The position numbers and the translations under genes are program-made. Below the pieces are notes generated by a model. It searched no databases and was not told where the DNA came from. It saw only the letters and a list, made by a program, of their open reading frames with translations. A stretch of 60,730 bases of DNA from Vezdaea acicularis (Eukaryota): contig JAPEUI010000099.1 of assembly GCA_026025075.1 (NCBI GenBank), forward strand, positions 1 to 60,730, read 5' to 3'. The first letter of the stretch is position 1; each line of letters starts with the position of its first letter. Below, in pieces: positions 11,144 through 23,062 of the stretch.

Positions 11144-11946
11144 TGGGGACTGCATCAATCTGGGAACAGCAGCAACAATAGCAACAGCAACAGCGATGAC
11201 ATCTCAATGCACAAAGAAACGACACATTTCCACTTCTCCTAACCACTCCCTCTCGCGCGTTCGTGGCGTTTCTGCGTTCATTCTTTGACTTGAAGGGATC
11301 CTTTTTTCGGGCGTCGCCTTTTCGGATGGTGGGGGCGCCCCCCAGCTTGTATGTGGCTGGCACGGGGGATATAGGCTTGTTGGGTATCTTTTCCCACACA
11401 ATCGAGTCTGCGAGTACAGATCGTGCTACCCCTCCTCCTCCTTCCTCCTGCTGGAAGCGGGATGGGCCTACGATACCCTTTTTTTTCTTCTTCCCTTTTC
11501 TCTCGACAGGTGGAGATGTGCTTTCATTTCGGGGTTCTTCTCTCCGGCTCTCTGACAGGCTTTCTAGATCGAGGATCTTTTGTTTTCTCTGCTATGTTTC
11601 TTTTTTGAGAGATGATCATAATGACAAGGAGGAAGGGGGAAAGTTAAAAGTCCGGTGATGCTACCGGGGCCAGTTACTAATCATAATCCGTCCTTTCTCG
11701 ATTCTCGCATCTTGAAATCTGTTGCTCAGAACAACGGCTCGTTCTTGTTCTCAGGGGGCTGTGGATCAGATGGACCTCGTGGTTGGGATTACTTTGGGGG
11801 TGTGAGTGGTTCGCTATGCATACGCAAGCTACGCTCTGCCCCACTCCATTCCTCGAGAATCGCCCATAATTACGCCTCCCCCAATATCTAGCCCCTCTCC
11901 TTACCTCCCACAACCCTCTCGCCCCTTTTCCACCCCTTCAAACAAT

Positions 11947-12952
11947 CTACTTCCTCCCCAGCCCAAACCCCCTCCTCGGATTCTTCCGCCGCCCCTCCCA
12001 ATCCTCCCCCTCGACCTCCTCCTCTCCCCGCATCTCGCCCATCCCCTCATCCCCACCAGCCGTGCGCTTGCCACTACCCTTCCCGGGATCCGCAGTTGTT
12101 GCTTGACTGGTTTGCGAGCTACCGATACCACCAGTAGAAGCGGTATTAGCGCCGTTTGTGCCGCCCTCGCGTTTCTCCTCGCGGCGCTCAACGCCTTCAA
12201 GTGCCTTCTCGCGTTTCTCTTGGAGGGCGGCATCGCGCTCGGCTTGGTCGCGGGCGCGAGTACGGATTTTGGTGATTTCGTGGTCTAAATCGGCAAGGAC
12301 GTCGATGCACCGCGCGGAGAAGGCGCCGAGGGTGGCGGTAAGGGTAGGGATGCTGGAGGGGGCGAGGTCGCGGAGGGGGCTGAGTGATGAGATGGTGATT
12401 GTGGATGTGGAGGGGGAGAGGCGGGCGGAGAGGAGGGAGGCGTAGATGGCGGATGTGAGCAGGGATTCGAGGGAGGCGGGGGTGGGCAGGGAGAGGAGGG
12501 TTAGGAGGGAGGAGTAGGTGTGCCTCGAGGAGGGGGGGAGGGAGAGGAGGGTTAGGAGGCGGAGTTTTGTTTGTTGGGGCGGGGAGAGGGGGGGGAGGGA
12601 GGGTGTTTCTGTGGGTGGCCAGTTGGTTAGTGGAGGGTTGGTAGTGGTGGGACTTAGGGATGGCTTTGCCAATGACGGAAGTAGAAGAAGAGAGAGTAGA
12701 ATACGCACCATGATAGTCCTTCCAAGTACCCCAACAGAAGATCTCCAGTAGCCTGTAATACGCAACATACTGCTCCTCCTCCGCTTCTCGCAAGGCCTGG
12801 ATCTGGGGAGAGTTGAGCAGCTCGCCGAAGACGTAGGTGTGTGGATCGGAGGTGGCGCGTGTGATCAGCTCGCTGGCGGAGCGCGGGGAGGTTGCGGATT
12901 TGCTGAGGGCGAGGTAGGGCGCTAGGGCTTGGAGAGCCCGGTGTTGGTCCAT
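11947..12952 (-). CDS. CSN7: COP9 signalosome subunit 7 (PCI domain)
   Basis: MDQHRALQALAPYLALSKSATSPR...ATSDPHTYVFGELL and LLEIFCWGTW. Intron 12708-12609 is followed by KLRLLTLLSL, LESLLTSAIYASLLSARL and PLRDLAP. Confidence 0.88.
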
Positions 12953-13859
12953 TGGTGGTTTCGAGTGGTTGTGGTTGTGGATGTTTTGAGAATATAGACT
13001 GGGTGGTTGTGATTAATTTGAGAGGGTGACTTGGATGGTTGCGGTTGATTTGAGAGTGTGAGGAGGCGTTGGAGGTTGAGCTTTGAAGTCCAAGCTATGT
13101 ACAAGCTTACTTGCACAGTGATGGAGCTGGTGGAGGCTTGGAGAGCTTTGAGGTGGGAGCTTCAATCGTCAGTTTGAGGGCCTGTTTGGAGCGGCCCCGC
13201 GCTAGATCGCTTCGGGATTTTGAAGATTGAGGACAAGCCACCAATCGATTTGGGGCGTATCTTGCATGGGATGGGGAAACAAATGACCTGATACACCGTT
13301 CAGCTACATGATATTCTATCTTGTCATCAGAGGTATTTATAAGTAGGGATTTGGTCATTCGGCGCTCGCTGCAGCAACTTCCCGCTCTCCCCATGGTGCT
13401 CTAGGCTTTCTCATTTGATCCTCAAGCATTCATTTTTAAGACTTCATAAATATCAATTATTCAATGTACATTGCAATTCACATAAACCACTTTATTTTGA
13501 GCGTGGGTGAGAAGGTATTGGGCGCTGGGCGCTTAAACCTTATCGCGCGGACAGTCGGATGTTTCGGCGACTCTCCGTTACCCCCGTCCAGATTCGCGTC
13601 TATCCACGACTGCTGAATAAAGCCCATCCAAAAGGGGACCTTCGAACCTACGAACCTGTTTTTCTTCACCAAAGCTCTCTCCGAAGACTCGTAAGCACTT
13701 TGCGCGAGCCGCGCCTGAGCCGACTTCTACCCGCAGTCAGCTTACGGGGAACCTCCGTGATGTCTGATTGACGCAGCGCGCTTACAAAACCGGCGGGTGG
13801 CCACATACCTTTTTCCTTTGAATATACTTCTAGGCCCCACTGTACACCTTTAATTCATC

Positions 13860-16800
13860 ATGAGTTCTTCATACGCCCCTGTTTCCACGCAGGACCTTGA
13901 TATTGCGCCGCTGGCGGCTCGCAGCAACGACACTATCCAGAAAACACAAGCACAAGCGCCCCATATGGCTACAACTACACTACGGGTAGATGGCATGACG
14001 TGCGGCGCCTGTACCTCCTCCGTTGAGAGCGGATTCAAAGGCATTGATGGCATTGGGAGTATATCTGTCAGCCTTGTGATGGGTAGATCGGTGGTCATCC
14101 ACAATCCAGCGAAGATCTCGGCCGAGCAAGTCAAGGACATAATCGAAGACCGAGGTTTCGATGCCGAAGTCTTGTCGACAGACCTACACCAAGCTAATAT
14201 GGAGGATTATGACGAGGGGCAAGACCGTGAAGAGAGCTCGAATTGGAGCTCAACAACAGTGGCTGTAGAAGGGATGACATGCGGGGCTTGCACGGCTGCG
14301 GTTGAAGGGGGTTTTAAGGATGTACCAGGCGTCAAGTCCTTCACAATATCGCTGATGACCGAAAGAGCCGTGGTTGAGCATGATGCTTCGATACTTAGCT
14401 CGGCGCAAATAGAAGAGATAATAGAGGATAGAGGCTTCGGCGCAAAGGTCTTGGATACACAAACCCCAACCGCAAGGAAAAAGAGGAGGAGGGAAAGTCT
14501 ATCAATGTCTAAGATTACGAAGACGACCGTATCGATAGAGGGCATGACTTGTGGTGCGTGCACCGCAGCTGTGGAAGGTGGATTCAAAGATATGGATGCT
14601 GTGCTTCAATTTAGCATCAGTCTCCTCGCAGAGCGCGCCGTCATCGTGCATGACGCAGGGAGACTCCCGGCTGAGAAGATCGTAGAGATCATTGAAGACA
14701 GGGGCTTCGACGCAAAGATCATCACATCCCTGGTGGAGGGGCCTCAACATCATCAGTCATCTTCGACGGTTCAGCTCAAAGTCTTCGGTCTTGCAGACAA
14801 TGCCGCAGCTTTATCGCTCGAATCTACTCTTTTGAGGTTGCCGGGCGTCAGTTCGGCGGCTATAGATTTCGCAACTTCTCGGGCGACAATCACGCATCAA
14901 TCAACAGTTACAGGCCTAAGAGCACTTGTGGAGGCTGTGGATAACGCCGGCTATAATGCTCTTGTCGCAGACGCTGATGACAACAATGCACAACTTGAGT
15001 CACTAGCAAAGACAAAGGAGATACAGGAATGGAGACGAGCCTTCAGAATTTCATTATCGTTCGCTATCCCGGTCTTTCTCATCAGCATGATATTTCCCAT
15101 GTTCATCAAATCGTTAGATTGCAGCGACGTCGTTTTGCTGATACCGGGCCTCTATCTCGGAGATGTTGTCTGCCTTGCACTCACCATTCCAGTGCAGTTT
15201 GGGATCGGGAAGAGATTCTATGTGTCTGCCTTCAAATCTTTGAAGCATGGCTCGCCAACAATGGATGTCCTTGTTGTGCTGGGTACCTCTGCAGCTTTCT
15301 TCTTCAGCTGCGCCGCGATGGTAGTATCTATCCTAACACATCCGCATACAAGACCGGCCACAGTCTTCGACACGAGCACGATGCTCATCACTTTTATCAC
15401 TCTCGGAAGATACCTAGAGAACAGGGCTAAGGGACAGACCTCAAGAGCGCTTTCCCGACTGATGTCCCTTACACCTTCGATGGCTACCATTTACGCTGAT
15501 CCGATCGCCGCAGAAAAGTCAGCAGAAGGCTGGGACGATGCCGCAAGCCCGCTCGCGGAGAAAGCTAAGGATAGTGTGGATGGTCCAAACGCTATTGAGG
15601 AGCGCACTATACCCACAGAACTGATCCAAGTTGGAGATATCGTGATAGTCAGACCAGGTGACAAGATACCAGCCGATGGTACTGTTACTCGAGGCGAAGC
15701 CTATGTCGATGAAAGCATGATTACTGGCGAAGCCATGCCCTTGCTGAAGCGCAAAGGCAGTATCCTTATTGGTGGCACTGTCAACGGCGCGGGCAGGGTT
15801 GACTTTAGAGTCACCCGAGCAGGCCGAGATACGCAACTGAGCCAGATCGTCCAGCTGGTCCAGGAAGCTCAGACGAGTCGGGCTCCTATCCAGAGAATGG
15901 CCGATGTGGTGGCTGGCTACTTCGTCCCGATTATCATAGGCCTTGGGGTCATCACTTTCATTGCTTGGATGATTCTTAGCCACGTCCTGCCACATCCTCC
16001 GATGATCTTCACGCATCCAGCAAGCGGCGGATCGTTCATGGTCTGCCTCAAGCTCTGTATATCTGTCATCGTTTTTGCTTGTCCTTGTGCCTTAGGCCTG
16101 AGTACGCCAACAGCAGTCATGGTTGGCACTGGTGTCGGCGCTGAGAATGGCATCCTCGTCAAAGGTGGCGCTGCCCTCGAGACTGCCACGAAGGTCACGC
16201 ACGTTGTCCTTGACAAGACCGGTACGCTCACTATGGGAAAGATGAATGTCTCACATACGGATATCGACGAAGGCTGGACAATGAACGAGACTCAACGCCG
16301 ATTATGGTGGACGCTGATAGGTCTTGCTGAGCTGGGCAGTGAGCATCCAATCGCTCAAGCCATCTCAAGCGCAGCAAAAGAGCAACTAGGTCTTGGTCCT
16401 GATGATACTCTCGCCGGCACTGTGGGCGACTTCCAAAATACCGTTGGTCGTGGCGTCAGCGCCCTTGTCGAAGCCTCCGGTACCCGAACAAGACACCGGG
16501 TCCTTGTAGGCAACGAGGCATATCTTCAAGCTGCCGGAATCTCACTAAACAACTCTATTGCTGCCTCGTCCTCCGCAGCTAGTGCTCCTCCTGGCTCTAC
16601 TACGATTTACACCGCAATCGACTCCTATTTCACTGGCACTATCTCCCTCTCCGACACTCTCAAACCCTCTGCACGCGCCTGCATCACGGCCCTCCACCAA
16701 ATGGGAATCACTACTTCCCTTGTCACCGGTGACCAAGCTCTTGCCGCCTATCATATCGCCTCTCTCGTCGGCATTCCCCGCAAGAATGTCCACGCTGCCG

Positions 16801-17393
16801 TCTCACCCGGCGAAAAGCAATCCATAATCCAATCCCTACAATCCCCATCCGCCCTCGGCACCTCGGAAACCGTCGCCATGGTCGGCGACGGCATCAACGA
16901 CTCTCCCGCACTCGCCTCCGCGGCCGTCGGCATCGCCATGGCGTCCGGGACCGACGTTGCCATGGAAGCCGCAGACATCGTACTCATGCGTCCCGAAGAC
17001 CTGCTATCCATTCCCGCAAGTCTGCACCTCGCGCGCACAATCTTCGACCGAATAAAGATGAATCTACTGTGGGCCTGCGCGTATAACGTCATCGGTCTAC
17101 CCTTCGCGATGGGCGCGTTCCTGCCATGGGGTTACCACCTACATCCCATGGCTGCTGGTGCCGCGATGGCCGCGAGCAGCGTCAGTGTCGTCGTGAGCAG
17201 CCTTTTGCTCAAGTTCTGGAAGAGACCTGCGTGGATGAATGTCGAGGCCTTGGAGGCTAGAGGGGATACGGACGTCAAACGGAGGGAAATAGGGGTGGTG
17301 GAGAGGTGGTGGAGGAGCATGCGCAGGGTACTGGCGAGGAATGCAATGCGGGATCAGGGCTATGTGCCGTTAGAGACGGTCGAGCCTGTTTGA
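13860..17393 (+). CDS. CCC2: Copper-transporting P1B-type ATPase
   Basis: Single 1177-aa ORF with three GMTCGAC metal-binding domains, TGE, CPC, DKTGT, SEHP, GDGINDSP and the YN / MAASS transmembrane Cu(I) ligands. Confidence 0.95.
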   Translation: MSSSYAPVSTQDLDIAPLAARSNDTIQKTQAQAPHMATTTLRVDGMTCGACTSSVESGFKGIDGIGSISVSLVMGRSVVIHNPAKISAEQVKDIIEDRGFDAEVLSTDLHQANMEDYDEGQDREESSNWSSTTVAVEGMTCGACTAAVEGGFKDVPGVKSFTISLMTERAVVEHDASILSSAQIEEIIEDRGFGAKVLDTQTPTARKKRRRESLSMSKITKTTVSIEGMTCGACTAAVEGGFKDMDAVLQFSISLLAERAVIVHDAGRLPAEKIVEIIEDRGFDAKIITSLVEGPQHHQSSSTVQLKVFGLADNAAALSLESTLLRLPGVSSAAIDFATSRATITHQSTVTGLRALVEAVDNAGYNALVADADDNNAQLESLAKTKEIQEWRRAFRISLSFAIPVFLISMIFPMFIKSLDCSDVVLLIPGLYLGDVVCLALTIPVQFGIGKRFYVSAFKSLKHGSPTMDVLVVLGTSAAFFFSCAAMVVSILTHPHTRPATVFDTSTMLITFITLGRYLENRAKGQTSRALSRLMSLTPSMATIYADPIAAEKSAEGWDDAASPLAEKAKDSVDGPNAIEERTIPTELIQVGDIVIVRPGDKIPADGTVTRGEAYVDESMITGEAMPLLKRKGSILIGGTVNGAGRVDFRVTRAGRDTQLSQIVQLVQEAQTSRAPIQRMADVVAGYFVPIIIGLGVITFIAWMILSHVLPHPPMIFTHPASGGSFMVCLKLCISVIVFACPCALGLSTPTAVMVGTGVGAENGILVKGGAALETATKVTHVVLDKTGTLTMGKMNVSHTDIDEGWTMNETQRRLWWTLIGLAELGSEHPIAQAISSAAKEQLGLGPDDTLAGTVGDFQNTVGRGVSALVEASGTRTRHRVLVGNEAYLQAAGISLNNSIAASSSAASAPPGSTTIYTAIDSYFTGTISLSDTLKPSARACITALHQMGITTSLVTGDQALAAYHIASLVGIPRKNVHAAVSPGEKQSIIQSLQSPSALGTSETVAMVGDGINDSPALASAAVGIAMASGTDVAMEAADIVLMRPEDLLSIPASLHLARTIFDRIKMNLLWACAYNVIGLPFAMGAFLPWGYHLHPMAAGAAMAASSVSVVVSSLLLKFWKRPAWMNVEALEARGDTDVKRREIGVVERWWRSMRRVLARNAMRDQGYVPLETVEPV

Positions 17394-17677
17394 TACTCAG
17401 TTCGCTATTTTTTGGGTTCTTGGTATGGCATAGCGCTCACAGTCGGGAGGGGGAATGGAGTATCTGCGAATTGATGGGTAGATGGCGGTGGATTCGTTCG
17501 CATGGAGCATGAAGAATTGATATTCTAAAAGTGTCGAAGGCAACGCCTATAAGTCCATGCGCTATTGCAGTAATTTACATGCAGCCCAACTACATTGTAC
17601 AACACCTCCAAGGCCGACCTCTAAACTCCATATCCATATCCATCCTAGCACCCACCCATATTTTCCATCGCAAATCC

Positions 17678-19060
<1,383 letters not shown>

Positions 19061-19388
19061 TCCACTTGGTCCTTCTCGCCGTAGCGAAGAATGAATACGG
19101 CCTAACGTGCTCGACCTTTCACACCCTGACGACTTAGAAGAAGGCGCGGTTATCGATCGTCAGTTCCCGAAGTTTCGCTTGGCGGAAGCGCTAGACCTGA
19201 TTAGGCAACAATGCTTAGGGAGGACCACAACTACATGTCTCCATCCAAATATGGCGTTACATAACGCTGCATTTTTAGTATATTTCGAGCCCACTTCTGT
19301 TGGACCAATTGGCCAATTTTGAATCGCCGTATACCCCACAAAGCCTATAACTTGATATCCTATATACAGCGGCATATACAGAGCAGAA

Positions 19389-20025
19389 ATGGCGTCTACA
19401 GCTCCGCAAACGAAGGAGGGGCCTACGGGTAAGTAATTGAAGCTGACGTCCGGCAGACATACGAGCTGTTGATCATGGGCTAATAGCTTTATAGTCTCGG
19501 TCAAATCTGCTGACATGGTGGGCAAAGCATCCGTGATCAAGGACTTTTTCAATAAAATAACATTTGTCACAGACTGAAGAGATGCAGCAATTCGTAATCG
19601 GAACGAGTAAGAGCATCACAGCTGATACTTGTGCTTCAACGAGCCATCCTAATGATTGCGAAGCAAAGGACGCCATAATCACCAATGAATTGAAAATCGA
19701 GAAGGTAAAAAGCTTGCACCGAGGGCATCCCATGGACGACCCCGCTAACGTCTGGCACCCAGGAAATTGCTGAATATATTAAGAAGACCGTATGTTTCCG
19801 ACTTTTGATCGTGTTCTAGCATTCTAAACTTTCCAAGATGGACAAGCACAAGGGCGCGACATGGCACTGCATTGTTGGAAGAAATTTCGGATCTTTTGTG
19901 ACACATGGTACACCACTCAATATCTCTATTGCCGTGCGTCTTCGCTGACTGAGTCGATAGAAACGAAGCACTTCATCTACTTCTATTTTGATCATTTCGC
20001 GATTTTGCTGTTCAAGACAGCATAA
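19389..20025 (+). CDS. DYN2: Dynein light chain LC8 (7 exons; not represented in the ORF track)
   Basis: Exons 19389-19428, 19495-19517, 19573-19606, 19664-19704, 19763-19789, 19838-19907 and 19961-20025. They splice to ...VKSADM TEEMQQ...[56 protein letters not shown]. Confidence 0.93.
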
Positions 20026-21544
20026 ACGACAAGGCTTCTGATCGTTCACAGCGAGCAAAAGGGTATTATTAGACAGTATCTGTACAAATGAGAAAAGTCA
20101 CAAGGCGTAGTCTGTCATATCCCAACAATATTGACAAGACTAGGAAGGAAATTCGGTTTTAAATAGCGTTGCAGAAGTGCGTTCCGTCGTTATACCTCAA
20201 TGCATCATGTGCTACTGTACACTGCAAACACTTGTGATGTTGCCGCCTGATGCAAAATTAAGTTAGGGAATCCTCAAAGCGTCTACCGCATTCTCGGGCA
20301 GTAGCCGTTCGTAGATCGGTATTACTTCCCCTAAGCTCCGCAACTTGATAAATTACTACTTGAGTGGCCGCGATACCATAAAGCGTGTGAGTATCGGTTA
20401 AGTCGTTCGTGACTTCCTCTTACTTATACTGTGGCCCTGGCCTTGGGGGAGGTCCTCCAGGGCCTCCTCCGGGGCCGCTTTGCGATATAACATGCCCCCC
20501 TGAGTTCTGTGACTGGACGTCAGGACGATTTTTGATATCTTGCATAAAATGACAGATTGGGCAGGCGAGCTCCTATATACGCTATTAGCCGTTTAAGTGG
20601 GACTCAATTGAGCTACACGCTCACTTGATATGGATGAAATGCCAAAGGGAGCACAGGAACCCAGCAGACCGTGAACCAAGGCCATCGCTTTATACAATGT
20701 GCTGACCAATTACCACAGTTGTGGCATTGCGCCGTGACACTTTCGTATCCTTTCAGCGCCGAGGTGAACTCTAGGTCTTGTTAGCTATGCGGATTGCGCA
20801 TCACAGGGTATCATTATTCTACCATGGGTTCCACAAACAAGGATAAAAGCCATGATTCTCTCTAAGAGAAGAAGGAAAAATATGAATGAAGGTTATGGAT
20901 CTAAAAGTATGTAGCTTAAACATCTGTGGATGGCGACGTGACGCGTACAAGTACTTCTATTCCGGTGGCGCTACACATCCTGGCGCGGATCTTTCGCTTG
21001 TTACGGGACAAACGGGATCCAATATTCTGAAGTGGAAGAGTTGGAATTTTCCGCTCTATTTCCCGGCGATTGCCTGGAGGTACGATGATACTCTAATTTT
21101 CTACACATTTACATTTTTCTCGCAGGACGTGCTGACGGCAAGTAGTATACGGCGTTGTCTTCTACAGTTCTTTACCTCGATTCCCGTTCATATCGCTATG
21201 AACTCCTGCCATTAAAGCGAGACACGAGGTACCCCAACTTTTCTACCAGTTTGCGGAGTGTACAGCCAAACATCCTTCAGGATCGCCATCATTGGTGCAA
21301 TTAACGTATGGCAGGTGCAGGGAGGATGCTTGCGTCGTTTTATCCACGTTCCAAGTTTTGCCCATGGCAGTTAGCCGCCAGGGCGTTCTCGAGGCGCCCT
21401 CGAGGCGCCCAACCACACAGTGCTACGTTCCAGGACTTCTCCATGCCCTCAGATAGAGGAGCTTTAATACCTCTACCATGGCACCGAGCCTTCTAGTGTC
21501 CCTACTAATTGTTCATTTTGATATGATGTTTTAGTGCAAGTACT

Positions 21545-22893
21545 ATGTTGCGGTCATTTTTGCTATGTTTTCTCTCGTTTTGCTTCATACTTACAACCTT
21601 AACCTCGACTGCAGCCCGGGCAGTAATAGACTTATCTCCTAGTAAGTCTGTCCTGGGGAAGCCGCTGGACAAATATAGTACCCCTCATGTTATACACGGG
21701 CGATCACCGTTCAAGACGACGGAGAACCCCCAATTACATGAATCCGGCTTGATCTCGTTGTCTCGCCGTGGCGAAGCCTGCGGATTTGCGGGCAACTCCG
21801 ACATCTATGGGTTCGGTATCCGTCTCGGCTTCTATCTCCAATGGATATATTCTAGGCTTTCGCGGGAGTACTTTTCCGGCCTTCCTCGTGATCATATGGA
21901 CATCGATAATATATTGTTAGTCGCTTTATTCGTTGCGATAATGAGCATATCATATACCAGTAACTCCGTCTACTCCGTTGAGCTTTTGATCATGATTAGC
22001 ATTTTCTTTTCGCACAGCCTGATCACTATGTCGACTTTCAAGAATCTTATGACATCGACAGAAGTATCTATATACGGGACGCGCGTGCGAGCCCTTCTGA
22101 ACGCGGCTATGGCCCCATTCGCTGTTTGGTTTTGGGTTAAGGGCATTTATCTGTACAAGGAAACCCCGTGCGGTTCCTTTGCATTTCTTTTCGCAAAAGT
22201 TGACATGTTTGGAGCCGCGCGGATTATTCTTATCGTTGTCTCAGTATTAGTCGCAATACTTACAACCGCTATATTTATGGTTGGGATCATAGACGTAGCT
22301 TCTTCAAAAGTTTGGAAGACTCTCAATTGGATCGAGCTTTTCGGATTACATTCTATTCAGAAAGCGAATGCACCTACTATATCTACTGTGACAACGTGGA
22401 AGGGGTTGTTCTGTACTTTTTTGGGCGTCATCTATGGCCAGGGCCATTATGAAGTAGGAGGCCATAAATGGAGTGAGTTATCAAGGTTCAGGAAGGGGGA
22501 TATCATGTAAGAACACCACGAGTATGTAGACTATGACTAAGCTAATAACTATCAACTAGGTCCACTCTTGTTACGACATTCGCGGTGGTCTGGACCATTC
22601 TCGCTATGGAGCTGACCATAATATGGAATGGAATTACTGGCGTATATGTCCTCAACACGACAGGCCAACTTATTCCCTTTGTTATTGGCCTTGGGGGTTT
22701 ACTGAAAACCCTTTATGAAATATTTTCCGAGTGGTATAGGGGCTCCAAGCTAGGTGTGCCTCGGTCTGAAAGGACTAAGGGGGATACAGGGAAGGAGATG
22801 AAGGATGAGAAAAAACGGGTTGTCTTCATACCGGTAAAAGGTAGAGCGGTCTCGTTCGTGGAAAACACCCCTGGTCGACGTCTTTCTTTTTAG
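21545..22893 (+). CDS. Uncharacterised fungal multi-pass membrane protein (signal peptide plus about 7 TM)
   Basis: Hydrophobic N-terminus and the motif CGFAGNSDIYGFGIRLGFYLQW. Intron 22507-22559 joins ORF 21545-22510 in frame to the exon containing ELTIIWNGITGVY...GQLIPFVIG. Confidence 0.75.
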
Positions 22894-23062
22894 TATCACG
22901 ATCCCGATCGCGAACCTCGAACACCTGTCGTTATTGTAGTCATCGTAGTCATCGATATCAAGCCATTTAGGATAGATAAGCCTTTGTGGTACTTATTCGG
23001 TCAAGTCTAGTGAGATCGCATCTAAGATCCGCATGCCTTACACTGAACATCCAGAACACGTA

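Noticed and set aside
11167..11194. Degenerate CAG/CAA run; also short (TGAAC)n near 24906-24927 and (TTGACTG)n near 34938-34970
   Set aside because: Ordinary short imperfect simple repeats in UTR or intergenic DNA, with no spacer structure, so not CRISPR-like.
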